Shown here piece by piece: positions 28,101 to 38,900 of a DNA stretch of 47,802 bases. Position 1 is the first letter of the stretch. Each line of letters starts with the position of its first letter. Source of the DNA: Phycisphaeraceae bacterium (GTDB lineage: Bacteria > Planctomycetota > Phycisphaerae > Phycisphaerales > Zrk34); assembly GCA_040905565.1 (NCBI GenBank), contig JBBDRF010000027.1, forward strand, positions 1 to 47,802. The letters are read 5' to 3'. Under the pieces are notes generated by a model. The model searched no databases, was not told the DNA's origin, and worked only from the letters and a program-made list of their open reading frames with translations. A program made the position numbers and the translations under genes.

Positions 28101-28217
28101 CGCAGCACAGATGCCACGCAACGTAATGATCGTACGCCGGCGGCGGCCGAACTCTTTGAGCTTGGCGAGCGTGACCGGATCGAGTTGATGTTCAGCGGAC
28201 ACGGTGGTGCTCCTCAT
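22161..28217 (-). CDS. Giant membrane-anchored coiled-coil protein (DUF4175-like)
   Basis: Three N-terminal hydrophobic segments, an Ig-like beta region (AEDDFALASV), a long Q/A/E-rich helical region and C-terminal WGALPPQL...EYREMVETYFRVIA. Start is ATG 28217 (ATGA overlap) or GTG 28202. Confidence 0.8.
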   Translation of the reverse strand: MRSTTVSAEHQLDPVTLAKLKEFGRRRRTIITLRGICAAVISLIGAMVLIAIPDYLFILSDGVRLALSAAAYAVAVIAVWITCVRMMVHLPNERELAQLLESVHPDLREDLISAVELGSPTSDARYDSPTFRSLLQRSVAQRMQSLNVQSLLPWKLVVWWLGGSVAVLALCVGLLMTPDLAFGKLMARALLPMANIARVSSVQVEILEPAPLSPTVPQGDPVRVLVELDGPDDVDRLDRVILETATPGRASERIAMTRQADRRFATTVQVGSEPVVYRILAGDAVTARYTITSRHRPYAESFEKTFTYPEYARLEAVTRTETDGHLTALQGTEVQLTIETDQPVASGELQLEIAGETEKITLQPAEGNRLTGSLPLDRSGTYRVHLVAAETGFENRFSPRYELSAVVDLLPRVEITQPLEEQILPPDEILALRGLAEDDFALASVQQMIRVNGGRWKSVNIADDPGAELRIDRLWDLYELRLSAGDEVVTKLVAEDRAGNRAESEPLRIAVASSGFASDRHATLHAKREANNAAQQFVQTAADHREAAHQAIDHLRQADPAGAQTQRYMVNLREAAEAVSQEAHRAEARIAEATRRVARGTDAHELALLHATVAEARHQHMDDALFKIDRAAQATDANRRRALFDEAGRAFHMAYNTTRENVVRFSEIYAAELALAAANDLRTLRREQQRRLSHAAEKDSALQQLRLTRQLGVAANQARTLAELLRAETDLYQQHRFDQLAELLTNRAEQVNKALDEAEAADEPLELQALHEQARGLGETFQQGHGHAQQAARDLANHATHKRREMAERIGPLHKPMRQLGDQARRVAADHARLSDPESRPGNADQLARQQAEHQQRLRELLHRDWPAMIEKLRVRGAAEEARPDADSRYVADLGLAARALAALHEVYTQQPGVELAEHLRDMLAASVRTLEVGHDVQEMATTSLHLAELEQWGIRTPGAHTQHPKQWDLLDPRFDPISHRIRQAGLNGEAAEALQQVRHQPYAQAIREAFNQRRHQVREPDRMNEPAKQVHDDLQQVLALLRDEIDEARRQLTTASPTLAELLRDAAEQTRQAEQAANDLAEQTPEKPLEEQQDEVAALEQAHAEAREQLADVLDALRQDANVQDPLTPEGRERARDADDATAMIQDSAAEAEAALQEAMASTDPTAQDEALSETAEQQQQLGETLDQLADHFDALESGADLAESRNALREAERDLGLQEGLDEQYEQVAELTELAAMSPDDLLRRLEAQLDQNRPMQRELSSIARDALEQGQAQLEQAGQDERQIADTLAPIAQQQTQEAQSLEEQAAQLQAGAEQLHKKQIPTAAEAVQQAGMAEADEPLAQAQQAAEEAAAQLPADLAANSPELAPVFSEQAQKLNEAAAELQGVAAKAAQASPSDKGKEAAESAEQAAAAARAAAGAADRAAQELANAAPESPRTTAAGQAAMAARPAAQQASEHAQAAQEAAAQSSELAEQAQQQAEAAEQHAENQQTAEAAEALVQSKQAREQSEAQAQQAVDRAEQAARQAQRAANAAEQAAEHVAAETEGDGEVKQELAQAQHGAEQASQTASDAAEAVTEAVAREASSEEATQANAAAAADEAAVAAHDLSQQAQAIAEALTPEPGQLADLTQQQAEVQEAVAEAGRDLGRAARHEERLGNAPMAESLGTLAESVEAVAEGTAQGEAQLAEDDAPPAHASVEAAAEALPQLAQQADDLLSGPQAGEAALAGDDEGEGEGEALADGEATGEAASDSGDAAAAGNEGAAEATADAGAAEAGAAGASAEAMADAGAAGEGGGEGAASSPPGSAGDAALGELVGGNADTPLTDSGVAQALARTLDSLDQAMHDRPSSGDAPAGEGAGESQLAEAASGVGASEAAPGPPGQSGQQPGQQPGGQPGEPGSGAQAAADALNAAAQAQAQAMRTGRSQGRPGQGLRGEGLAERSEEGGTVVSRAKAYQALPETSRDGDDDWGALPPQLARDLVEGRRETISGEYREMVETYFRVIAERSRQQEASP

Positions 28218-31200
28218 AGCATGCCGGTTCGTTTGCGAAGCAACCATTCAACGGTGAGCAGGCCGATCATGGCCGAGAACCACCAGTAGCTTTGCCACAG
28301 GGCGGTGTCGGATTCGATGACGCGGCCGGCGCTCAGCGGTTCCAGCAACTCGGGCAACCGGGCGGCATCTTCCTCACGCAGGTAACGGCCGGCGGAAGCG
28401 TCCGACATCTGCCGCAGCAGTTCTTCGTGAAGCGTCAACGTGGCCCGCTCACCGAATTCATCGCCCTGGACGACGAAGTGAGCGCGGGCGCGCAACTGCT
28501 CATCGGGCACACCGGTGACTCGGACCGATGCGTCGTAACTGCCCGGCTCCAGCGCCGGCGTGCTGCCTCGGAAGACGCCGCCTTGGTTTTCATCAGCTTG
28601 AAGATCGATCGTGGCGACCTGCTGATCTCCGCGCCACAGCACAAGTTCCGCCGTCGCTTGAAGGACGGGCCGACCCTCATCGTCCCGCAGCCGCACCCGC
28701 ACCGCGCGCGACCCGCCGGGCTGATGCACCACCGCCCCGGTATCGATCGACACGAACTGATCGCTCACCTGGTAAGGCGATTCCATCACGTAGCCTGCCA
28801 ACTGATGCCAGAAACGCTGGTGGTAAAGATCCGCCACTTCGTGACGCCATCGCCACGATTCGTCTGAACCGAGATACAACACCCGCCCCGCACCGAACCG
28901 CTGCTCGACCATCACAGGTACACGCTGATCTTCGTCATAGACCGCTTCGACAAGCACCTCACCGGCGCCGGCCGTGACTGAAACCGGGGCAGCCCAATGC
29001 GGCGGGGGCAGTGCCTCCCAAAGTTCTCGGTGACCGAGGTCGCCGCTGAGGCGGAGCGCGCTACGCTCCCGGCCGGTTTGCGTGAGCGTGAGACGTGTCG
29101 GCAACCGGTCGTCGATTCCGCTTTCGTCCCACGCCACCGGCAGCAGTGGGCCGATCGGCGTCTCCACGTATTCCCGCAGATGTTCACGCTGCCCGTCGAC
29201 AAAGATGAGCCCGCCGCCTCGGTTCTGCACGAAGTGGCGCAGGTGTTCCATCTCCGCCTCTTCGAGCAACGCAGCCGGCAACTCGCCGAAGATGACCAGG
29301 TCATAATCGAAGAGCGATTCACGGTCGGCGGGGAACGCGTGGCGCCCCTCGCCCCGCGTCAGAGTTGAACGCTCAGCGGATGGCCCGGCGATCGCCGTGG
29401 TCACTTCCCAGCGACTATCACGTTCGAAGAGATTCCGCAGGTAACGCGTTTCCCACCGCGCCCGGCCATCGACCAGCAGCACGCGATAGGCCCCGCTGAT
29501 CGCACTGAAGTGGAATGCCTCGGCGTTATTGTCCGCACGCCGTTCGCCCTCGATGGGCCCAACGCTGGCGCTCAGCGAAAGCGGCATGCTGTGAAACTCA
29601 ACGTTCGGGTCGTCCACCGCCTCAAGCTCGCGTTCCATCATCGGCTCGACGGCCACATCAAAAGCGATGCGACGCCGACCCGAATTCTGCGTCGTCAATT
29701 CCTGCTCCCAGACGACCTGCCCGCCGTGCTCCACACGCGCCTTGAACGTCTGACCTGCGGGCATGTGGTCCATAAAGATGATCTCACCCTGCACGCGATC
29801 ATCACGGAATACATTCTCCGGATGAACCACGTCCATCACGGCAAGGTCGGCTGCTGGGACCGTCGATCCGACGCCGACGGTGAACAGCGGCATCTGCTGG
29901 GCGTTCAGCCGTGTCGCCAGTTGCAGCGGCGAGGGGCCATCGTTGTGCTGGCCGTCACTGATGATCAGGACGGCGGTGCGCTCCTCCGCAGGTTCGGCGG
30001 CGTCAGTTGAAGCGTCGGCCACGGGAACGACGGTCACGTCATCGTCGGTATCCTCTCCAGCCTCATCCGCCGTTCGACGGAGGCCGTCACGCAACCGGCC
30101 GACGCGTGATTGGGCACCGCTCGTCAGATCCGTCCGTGCCGCCACAGCCTCGGCAGTGAACGCGCGCGGCTGGTCGGTGGCTTCGCCCGACGCCCACAGA
30201 CGATGCACCTCACTGCCGTCGAGCGTGAGCAGTTCCACATGATGGTTACCCGCAAGCTGGTCGAGCAGGCCGCGCTCCTCAGCAAGCAAGAGCGCTTCAA
30301 CGCGCTGCCAGCGTGACATGCCGTCGAACTGCGCGATTGCCCGCTGAATCGCACCGCCGCCCGTCTCGGCGACCTCCGCTGCGTAGGACTGGAAAGCAAG
30401 GCGAACCGTCGCTTCGTACCGATCGGCGAGCGTGCCGAGGTTCAGCAAGGCCTGCCGTGCCTGCTCCGCGTCGTCAGCACTTTCGATGTCACGCCCGGCA
30501 AGCGCAACGGCTGGCGACACAAGCTCACCGCTGAACTCAGCGAGCAGTTGGTCGAATGACAGCGTCGCGTCGTCGCCACTCCGCCGGGCCGGCGACAGAT
30601 GCTCACCGGGGATCGGCCGCTGCATCGTCGCGTCGGGAAGTTGCCAGCCGACGCCGACATGGTCCTCGCCACTGCCTTCCTTGTGGCGAACCTCAATGTA
30701 GTACCGTTGCCCCGCTTCAAGGGCGATGGGTTCGGAGCGGGCGTCGCCGTCGGGCCAGTCGCCGGGCTGCGTATGGCTCTGAACGTGGGCGATGCGGCGG
30801 GCATTATCGGGCTCGGCATCGGTCGAAAGATAAAGCTCCGACTGATCGTCACTCGCGACCCAGAAGCGGTAGCTGCCGCTCGCCGGCGGATGCACATAAC
30901 CGCGAAGCCGCTGCGCGTAATTGTCGCCCCAGTTTTGCGGAGCCGCGAACTGCTCGACAGCGTCGTGCCCGTCGGGTTCAGCGTCGAATGCCGCGTCAGC
31001 GCCGGCAAGATCGCTCCCGCCGAGCTCAAGCCACCATTCTCGCAAGATGCTCCCCTGCGGCTTCGGCTCGTCCACCATCTGACGAGGCGCCGCTTCACCC
31101 AGCGCCGCGTTCGCCTGCTGAACGTGTGCCTCGAAGCGCGTGATGGCCTGCCGCAACTCGGCTGCGGACTGCGTCGGCCGCCGCGCTTCAGCCGCCGTGC

Positions 31201-31588
31201 GACGCGCCTCGCCGAGCGAATCGGCCACCTCCGCCAGCGCGACATCGAACGCGCCGTCGGGGATCCAGCCCCGGCTCGCTGCGGTCAGCAGCTTCCGATC
31301 AACCGTCATGTGCGCATCACCGACGGCCATGGACTCCGAGCCATCCACGAAAATCAGCACCCGCCCCAACTGCCCGATCACCTGCCGATGGTGCAGCACC
31401 GGACCGGTCAGCATCAGCAGCAACATCAGCACGACCATCGCCCGCAGGCCCGGCAGCACCAGAGCGATCCCGCGTGATGCCCCCCGCCGAACCTCACGGC
31501 GGTACATCCACCAGGCTCCCACCGCGGCCAGAATTGCCAGCAGCGCCCCGGGCAGCAGCGGAATATCGCCGACGAATCGTAGGTCCAT
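28214..31588 (-). CDS. Membrane protein with VWA domain, inserted PA14 domain and GATase-like domain
   Basis: N-terminal TM pair; MIDAS DGSES...SDG; PA14 motif YRFWVASDDQSELYLS; GATase-like YDLVIFGE...GGGLIFV...GAGRVLY; C-terminal TM ending in EWLLRKR. Confidence 0.85.
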   Translation of the reverse strand: MDLRFVGDIPLLPGALLAILAAVGAWWMYRREVRRGASRGIALVLPGLRAMVVLMLLLMLTGPVLHHRQVIGQLGRVLIFVDGSESMAVGDAHMTVDRKLLTAASRGWIPDGAFDVALAEVADSLGEARRTAAEARRPTQSAAELRQAITRFEAHVQQANAALGEAAPRQMVDEPKPQGSILREWWLELGGSDLAGADAAFDAEPDGHDAVEQFAAPQNWGDNYAQRLRGYVHPPASGSYRFWVASDDQSELYLSTDAEPDNARRIAHVQSHTQPGDWPDGDARSEPIALEAGQRYYIEVRHKEGSGEDHVGVGWQLPDATMQRPIPGEHLSPARRSGDDATLSFDQLLAEFSGELVSPAVALAGRDIESADDAEQARQALLNLGTLADRYEATVRLAFQSYAAEVAETGGGAIQRAIAQFDGMSRWQRVEALLLAEERGLLDQLAGNHHVELLTLDGSEVHRLWASGEATDQPRAFTAEAVAARTDLTSGAQSRVGRLRDGLRRTADEAGEDTDDDVTVVPVADASTDAAEPAEERTAVLIISDGQHNDGPSPLQLATRLNAQQMPLFTVGVGSTVPAADLAVMDVVHPENVFRDDRVQGEIIFMDHMPAGQTFKARVEHGGQVVWEQELTTQNSGRRRIAFDVAVEPMMERELEAVDDPNVEFHSMPLSLSASVGPIEGERRADNNAEAFHFSAISGAYRVLLVDGRARWETRYLRNLFERDSRWEVTTAIAGPSAERSTLTRGEGRHAFPADRESLFDYDLVIFGELPAALLEEAEMEHLRHFVQNRGGGLIFVDGQREHLREYVETPIGPLLPVAWDESGIDDRLPTRLTLTQTGRERSALRLSGDLGHRELWEALPPPHWAAPVSVTAGAGEVLVEAVYDEDQRVPVMVEQRFGAGRVLYLGSDESWRWRHEVADLYHQRFWHQLAGYVMESPYQVSDQFVSIDTGAVVHQPGGSRAVRVRLRDDEGRPVLQATAELVLWRGDQQVATIDLQADENQGGVFRGSTPALEPGSYDASVRVTGVPDEQLRARAHFVVQGDEFGERATLTLHEELLRQMSDASAGRYLREEDAARLPELLEPLSAGRVIESDTALWQSYWWFSAMIGLLTVEWLLRKRTGML

Positions 31589-33766
31589 CTACGCCCTCCC
31601 CTTCGCGAAGCGCTGCTGAAAGAACATCTCCAGGAACAGCATCGCCAGCGCCGCCAGCAGCACCGCCTTCCAGAGCTCGCGGCCGTGTCGGCGATGATGA
31701 TCCAAAGCCGCGTAGCCCTCGGCCGACTGCACCACCTCCGCACCGAACTGCTCGGCAAGCTGTTCGAGTTCGTCGGCATTCAGCTGCTGAAGCGCCGACT
31801 CGCGGCGGGAGGTCGTGGCCACAAAATGGATCGGATCCGCCTCGGGCACATGCAGCACGTAAAGCCCCGGCCGACGCGTGCGACGGAATGCGACGATCGC
31901 GCGGCCGTTCCGCGCCTCCGCCTTCACTGCGTGCCGCCCCCCCTCCGGGTCAATCAGCGTCAGACGCTCACCCGCCAACTGCTCGGGAAGGAACGCCACG
32001 ATCGGCCGCCCCGCTTCCACGTTCCGCGAAGGGTCCGCCGTGGTCGCCAGGTGCGTGACCATCTCCTGCATCAGCCCCACGAAAAACGGTCGCACGGGAA
32101 AGTTGTTCCAATCCGCATCCGCGGTGGTGGCAGCTTGGATGATCGCCCCGTCGCCCAGTCGCCGCTCAACCCAAAGCGGGTCGCCGTTTTCCAGCCGGGC
32201 CATGATTGTCACATCGCGATCATCAGTCGCAGCCTCAGCCGAGCGACCCAGCCGATACCACTGCTGCACCTCACCGTCGGTCAGCTTGCCTTGCTGCGGA
32301 TCGTTGAACGTTTCGAGCGCGGCATGCTCGAACCGTTGGGCGACCAGGGACATCGGTTCTGCGTCGTCTGCCTCTTCATCGCCGCCCACCAGCTGTTGCA
32401 TCTGCATCGGAAGCAGGCCTGCCTCGGCAGCAAACACGTCGTTGTACCAGTCGAAATCGATGCGGTCGCCGGGGAACACCATCAGTCCGCCGCCGCCTTC
32501 GACGAATTGCCGCAAGCGATTAAGCGTTTCACCGCCGAGCTGTTCCACGTTCGCCAGCACCACCACGCGCACCGCATCAAGGTCAGCCTCGGCCAAGGCG
32601 TCGGGGTTCACGACCTGCGTTTCGATGAGGTCCGCAAGCCTCGCCGCACCCGCCGCCGCGTAGGGTTGCAGGGCGATTTCGAGGAACGCCGTTTCGCTTT
32701 CCAGCAGCTGCGCGCGCCGATCGCCGTCGACCAGCAACACCGGAATCTTCTCCAGCACCGCCACGGCCTTCTGCAGCGTGTTGTCCGATCGCAGGGCGTC
32801 GGCTGCTTCCACGGCGACCTCGATCAGCTGCGAACCGGGCTCCTCAAATTCGACGCTGAAGAGCACCTGGTTCTGCTCATTGGGACCAAGCGGAATCTGC
32901 GTCACGCCCCGCTCTTCCCCATCCACACGACAGTAAATGCGCAGCGTCTGATACCCCTGATCGCCGTAGTTCCGGATGCGCGCCCGCACGTTGACCGACT
33001 GCCCCACCCCCACCACCCGCCGTGAAAGCTGTACATCTTCGACGGCCACGTTGTCCGTCACCTCCGCACCAACGTGCATGAACGTCAGCGAAGGGCGGAC
33101 GCGCAAACTGCCCAGCAGCTCGATAAGCCGTTGGCGTTCAGGCGAATCGACGTCCTCCCAATCGTGACGTTGAAAATCGCTGACGATCATCATGTCCCGC
33201 TTGGCGTGGCTCATCGGCGCTATCGTGGCGGCGGCAAAGCTGAGCGAGCCCGCAGCGTCGGCGGGGCCGAACCCAGCAGTCAAACTGCGCAGGTGTTGCG
33301 TGAGGTTCGCCGTGTCGTACGTCGGTTCATCCAGCAGCGACTCGACGCCGCCGCCCATCAACAGCACCGCTGCATCGGACCCGCGCCGAAGCTGACCGAG
33401 CACCGCGGCACTCTCGTCGACAGCCTCCGCGAAGTTGCTACGCCCCGTGCCGCCGGCGTCCATCGAATAGCTGTTGTCGAGCATCACGATCATTGAGCTC
33501 GCCGTCTCGCCGGGAAGCGGTTGCCAGCCGGTCATCACCGGCCGCGCCATCGCCAACGCAAGCAGTACCGGAATCGCGCACCGCACCAGCAGCAGGATGA
33601 TCTGCTCGATTTTTATCCGTTTACGATTCACCCGCACCACCTGCTCCAGCAGGTGCATCGCGCCCCATTCAACCTTGCGGAAGCGCCTGCGGTTGAACAG
33701 GTGGATGATCAGCGGAACCGCCAGTGCCGCCACCCCGCCCAAAAGCATCGCGTTCAGGAACGTCAT
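31589..33766 (-). CDS. BatA N-terminal domain + VWA + GATase-like membrane protein
   Basis: MTFLNAMLL...[12 protein letters not shown] (BatA signature); LDNSYSM MIDAS; IVSDFQ; C-terminal TM. Confidence 0.88.
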   Translation of the reverse strand: MTFLNAMLLGGVAALAVPLIIHLFNRRRFRKVEWGAMHLLEQVVRVNRKRIKIEQIILLLVRCAIPVLLALAMARPVMTGWQPLPGETASSMIVMLDNSYSMDAGGTGRSNFAEAVDESAAVLGQLRRGSDAAVLLMGGGVESLLDEPTYDTANLTQHLRSLTAGFGPADAAGSLSFAAATIAPMSHAKRDMMIVSDFQRHDWEDVDSPERQRLIELLGSLRVRPSLTFMHVGAEVTDNVAVEDVQLSRRVVGVGQSVNVRARIRNYGDQGYQTLRIYCRVDGEERGVTQIPLGPNEQNQVLFSVEFEEPGSQLIEVAVEAADALRSDNTLQKAVAVLEKIPVLLVDGDRRAQLLESETAFLEIALQPYAAAGAARLADLIETQVVNPDALAEADLDAVRVVVLANVEQLGGETLNRLRQFVEGGGGLMVFPGDRIDFDWYNDVFAAEAGLLPMQMQQLVGGDEEADDAEPMSLVAQRFEHAALETFNDPQQGKLTDGEVQQWYRLGRSAEAATDDRDVTIMARLENGDPLWVERRLGDGAIIQAATTADADWNNFPVRPFFVGLMQEMVTHLATTADPSRNVEAGRPIVAFLPEQLAGERLTLIDPEGGRHAVKAEARNGRAIVAFRRTRRPGLYVLHVPEADPIHFVATTSRRESALQQLNADELEQLAEQFGAEVVQSAEGYAALDHHRRHGRELWKAVLLAALAMLFLEMFFQQRFAKGRA

Positions 33767-34665
33767 TTCGACCTCCTGCGGAACGCGAGATACTTCGCCA
33801 GAGCGTCGGCGAAGGGTTCATCGGTCACCATCGGCACCAGATGAATGCGATGGCGATAGCAGCCGGCCTTCAACTCCTCGCGGTAGTTCGCAAGGTTCTC
33901 CAGGTACGCCTGCCGCAAGTGCGCGGGATCGACCATGTGCCGGTGCCCCGCCGTTTCGATCGATTCGAACTGCGTCCACTGCTTGAAGGGAAACTCCAAC
34001 TCATCGCGATCCCAAATTTGAAAGATCACGATGTCATGCCGCTGATGGCGAAAAGCAGCGAGGGCGCGCATCATCTCCGGCACGTCGCCGAAGCAGTCGG
34101 AAATGATCACCAGCAGCCCCCGCCTGGAGAGTTTCGGCACCAGGTCGCGGAAGACTTTGCCGACCTCGGTTTCCCCGCCGGGCTGGGTCGTTTCGAGTTC
34201 GCCGATGAGATTTTTCAGGTGAGCCGGGCGGGCGCGAGGCGGAATGTACCGTCGCATCTTGGTATCGAAGGTGACCATCCCCACCGCGTCCTGCTGCTGG
34301 AGCATCAGGTACGAAAGCGTGGCGGCGAGGCGGATGGCGTAGCCGTGCTTCGTGTACTCAGCCGTGCTGCCGCGGTACCGCATGGAGCCGCTGACATCGA
34401 CCAGCAGCGTGGCCCGGAGGTTCGTTTCCTCCTCGTATTCCCGGATAAAAAGCCGATCGCTCTTGCCCCACGCCTTCCAGTCCAGGTAGCGCAGCTCATC
34501 GCCCGGCACGTACTGGCGGTGCTGTTTGAACTCGACCGAAAAGCCCTTGTGAGGCGACCGGTGCAGACCGCTACAGAACCCCTCGACCACCTGCCGCGCC
34601 AGCACCTGCAGGTTCCCGAGCTTGCCCAGGTCGTTCGGCTTAAGATATTCGCCAACTTCCGCCAT
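33763..34665 (-). CDS. DUF58 domain protein
   Basis: [41 protein letters not shown]. Confidence 0.93.
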   Translation of the reverse strand: MAEVGEYLKPNDLGKLGNLQVLARQVVEGFCSGLHRSPHKGFSVEFKQHRQYVPGDELRYLDWKAWGKSDRLFIREYEEETNLRATLLVDVSGSMRYRGSTAEYTKHGYAIRLAATLSYLMLQQQDAVGMVTFDTKMRRYIPPRARPAHLKNLIGELETTQPGGETEVGKVFRDLVPKLSRRGLLVIISDCFGDVPEMMRALAAFRHQRHDIVIFQIWDRDELEFPFKQWTQFESIETAGHRHMVDPAHLRQAYLENLANYREELKAGCYRHRIHLVPMVTDEPFADALAKYLAFRRRSK

Positions 34666-34726
34666 GCTGCATGTCCCCTGGCCCCCTACCGTTCGCCGAA
34701 CCCAGCGTCACGTTCGAGCCACGCGA

Positions 34727-35767
<1,041 letters not shown>

Positions 35768-35947
35768 AGTCGCATCTCCTGCATAAAGGGAGCCAAAGCG
35801 GACCACCGACCAGCGCACGCCGCCATCTTCGGATATTGTACCCTACCGCAGCCCATCAGAGCCCGTCAAAATATATCATTCGTTTATCCGGCGCGTTGCA
35901 GCGCCTCCCCTGCCGCAGGATCGCTATAAACCATGTAATAGACGCGT

Positions 35948-38900
35948 TCAGCCGCCGTCCACGTCCGGCACGGTCACCTGGATTTCGCTGCCGCGGCCGA
36001 TTTCGGATTCGATGCGCATCTCGCCGCCGACGGACCTGATCCGTTCGCGGATGGTGAACAACCCCAGACGTCCGTCCTCGACAACCGTCACGCTCGCAGG
36101 ATCGAACCCCTTCCCCGAATCGCTCACCGTCAGCCGAATCAGCGTCCCCTCACGCACCACCCCCAGCGTCGCCCGGTTCGTCCCGGCGTGCTTCACCACG
36201 TTGAACAGCAACTCCCGACACGCGCAAAACAGCGGATAGCGCAGCTTCGCGTTCGCAGGCTCAGCCTCCGGGTCCACCTCGAGATCGATCTCCAGATCAT
36301 GATTCTTCGCGTACCACCGCTGTGCCCAGTGCAGGGCCGGCACCAGCCCCTCCTGAAGCACCGGCGGGCTCAACTCGTGACTGAGATTCCGCGTCGTCTG
36401 CATCGCCTGCTCAAACAGCGCGTCCAGATGCTGAACGTCACTGTCGATCTCTTCGCCCGTTCGGCCGCCGGCCAGCCGAAGCCGATTGAACGCCATGCGC
36501 GCCGCTGCCAAAATTTGCTGCAGATCATCGTGAAGCACCCCCGCAATGCGCCGGCGTTCCTGCTCCTCAGCCTGATACAGATCGAGCGAGAGTTTGTGCA
36601 GCTGCGCCGCCCGCCGCTCCGCCAGTGCCGTTCGCTCGGTCACGCGCCGTTCAAGTTCCGCGTTGAAAGCTTCAAGCTTCCGCTGCGTATCGCGAAGCTC
36701 CGTCACGTCCCGCTCGGTCACCGCGATCGCCGTCGGCTGATCCCGCTCATCACGAAGCACGCTCACGGTCGACGAGACGATCAGCTTTCGCCCATCCTCA
36801 CAGACCCGGTGCATATCCCGCGAACCGATCTCCCGACCCTCCCCAAGCCTGCCAAGCATCGCCTCCACTTCGTCCTGATACTCCGGCGGCACAATGTCGC
36901 GCACGTTCATCGCGTCCGCCTCCGCTTCCGACCAGCCGTACATCGCCGTCGCCCCGCGATTCCACTCACGAATATTGCCCTGGAAATCCAGCACGATCAC
37001 CGCGTCGTTCGAATCACGCACCACCGTTGCCAGCCGACGCTCCCGCTCCTCCGCCTGCTTCAGTTCCGTGATGTCGGTGAACGTCACGACCGTCCCCTCG
37101 ATCCGATCGTCCTGCGTGCGGTACGGCAACACCCGCCGAATGCACCATCGCCCGTCGTCCGTCCGGATCTCCCGGCTGATCGGCACCAGCTTCTCCATCA
37201 CCCGCTTCGCATCCTCGAAGAGGTGTGGATCCTCAAACTTGCGGACGAAGTCCGTCAACGGCCGCCCCACATCCGACGCCACCACCGAAAGCAGATCCCG
37301 CACCGAAGGCGAGAACCACCGAAGGTGGAAATCCCCATCCAGGAAAATCGTCGCGACATCGGTGCTCGCCAACAGGTTTTGCAGGTCGTTATTCGCCGAC
37401 TCCAGTTGATCGACCTTCGTATGAAGCTGCTGATTGACTGTCGTCAATTCTTCGTTGAGCGACTGCAACTCTTCCTTCGAAGTCTCCAACTCCTCGTTCG
37501 TCGATTGAAACTCCTCGTTCATCGAGCTGAGTTCTTCGTTAGTGGCCTTCTGCTCCTCGTTCGCGTTCTCCAGATCTTCGATCGTGCTCTCTAGTTCCAG
37601 CCTCGTATTGCGAAGCTCATCCTCGAGGGTCTGGACGGCGTCACTGCCGGGGGCCAGCGGCTTCGCCTTCGTCGGCTCCTGTTGCTGCTGGGTGCCAGAT
37701 GCGTCGGCGTCTTCGAACACCACCAGCACAAACTCATCCGCCCCGCCATGCAACGGCATCCCCGTCAGTCGCGTGGCCACCCATGCCCCATCACGCCGAA
37801 CGCGTGCCGATGTGTCGACGACCCTGCGTTTGTTCTCAAAAGCTTGGAGCACCACCTGGCGCAGCTTGAACCGCAACCCCTCACGCGCCATTTCCAGCAC
37901 GCTCGCCGTCCGCTCACCCGCCGGCTGCGTCAGGTAACGATCGGTCGGCCCGTGAAAATAAAGCGCCTCCATGCTCCGCGTCACCAGCACCGCCGCCGGC
38001 GCATAAGCCGTTGACAGCGTGCGATGCACCAGGCGATCCAGCCGCGACTTGGTGTCCACGCCGCCGCCTCGGTAATGCTGAAGATCACGCTTCGGGACGG
38101 ATCGTCCGTAAACGGGAAAGTTCACCAGTTCGTGCCGCGTCGGTCCGAGCCTTCGAAAGATGCGCCATTTTTTCGAGACGGGCTGGAACAGGTCCGGCTG
38201 CTGACTGGTCGTCTCGCTCGTGCCGAGGAACAGATACCCGCCCGGCCGCAGCGAAAAATGCAGCAGCGCCAGCACCCGCGCCTGCGCTTCAGGCTCAAGA
38301 TAGATCAGCAGATTACGACACGAGATAAGATCCAGCTGCGAAAACGGCGGATCCTGAATCAGATTATGCGAGGCAAAAATCACCGACTCGCGAACGCTTT
38401 GGCGGATCTTGTACGACTCGTCCCGCTTCTCGAAATAACGGACCAACAGTTCGCCTGGCAGGTCCGCCTCGATGCTATCGGGGAACCGGCCCTCGCGCGC
38501 CTGCTGCAGCCGCAGCCCCGCCATGTCCGTGGCGAACACCTTGATCTCGCCCCGATGCTTCGCCTTCCGCGCCTGCTCATGCAGAAGCATCGCGACCGAA
38601 TAAGCCTCCTCACCCGAGGAGCAGCCCGGCACCCACACGCGGATCGCCTGATCAGGCTCAGAGTCCGAAACCAGCTTCTCGAGAACCTCCTTCTCCAGCG
38701 TCTGCCACGCCTCGGGGTCGCGCAGGAAACTGGTGACGCCGATCAACAAATCTTCCGCCAGCGCGTTCGCTTCGTTCGGATCGTTGCGGAGCACCTGAAG
38801 GTACTCCTCGAAGTCGGTGATATGCCTCAAGCCCATCCGTCGCATGGTGCGCCGCAGCAGCGTGTTCTTTTTGTAGGCCCGCAGCTCACGCCCGGTCCGC

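Noticed and set aside
35835..35869. TTGACG...TACAAT promoter for the moxR operon
   Set aside because: The spacer is 23 nt; only the -10 box is plausible.
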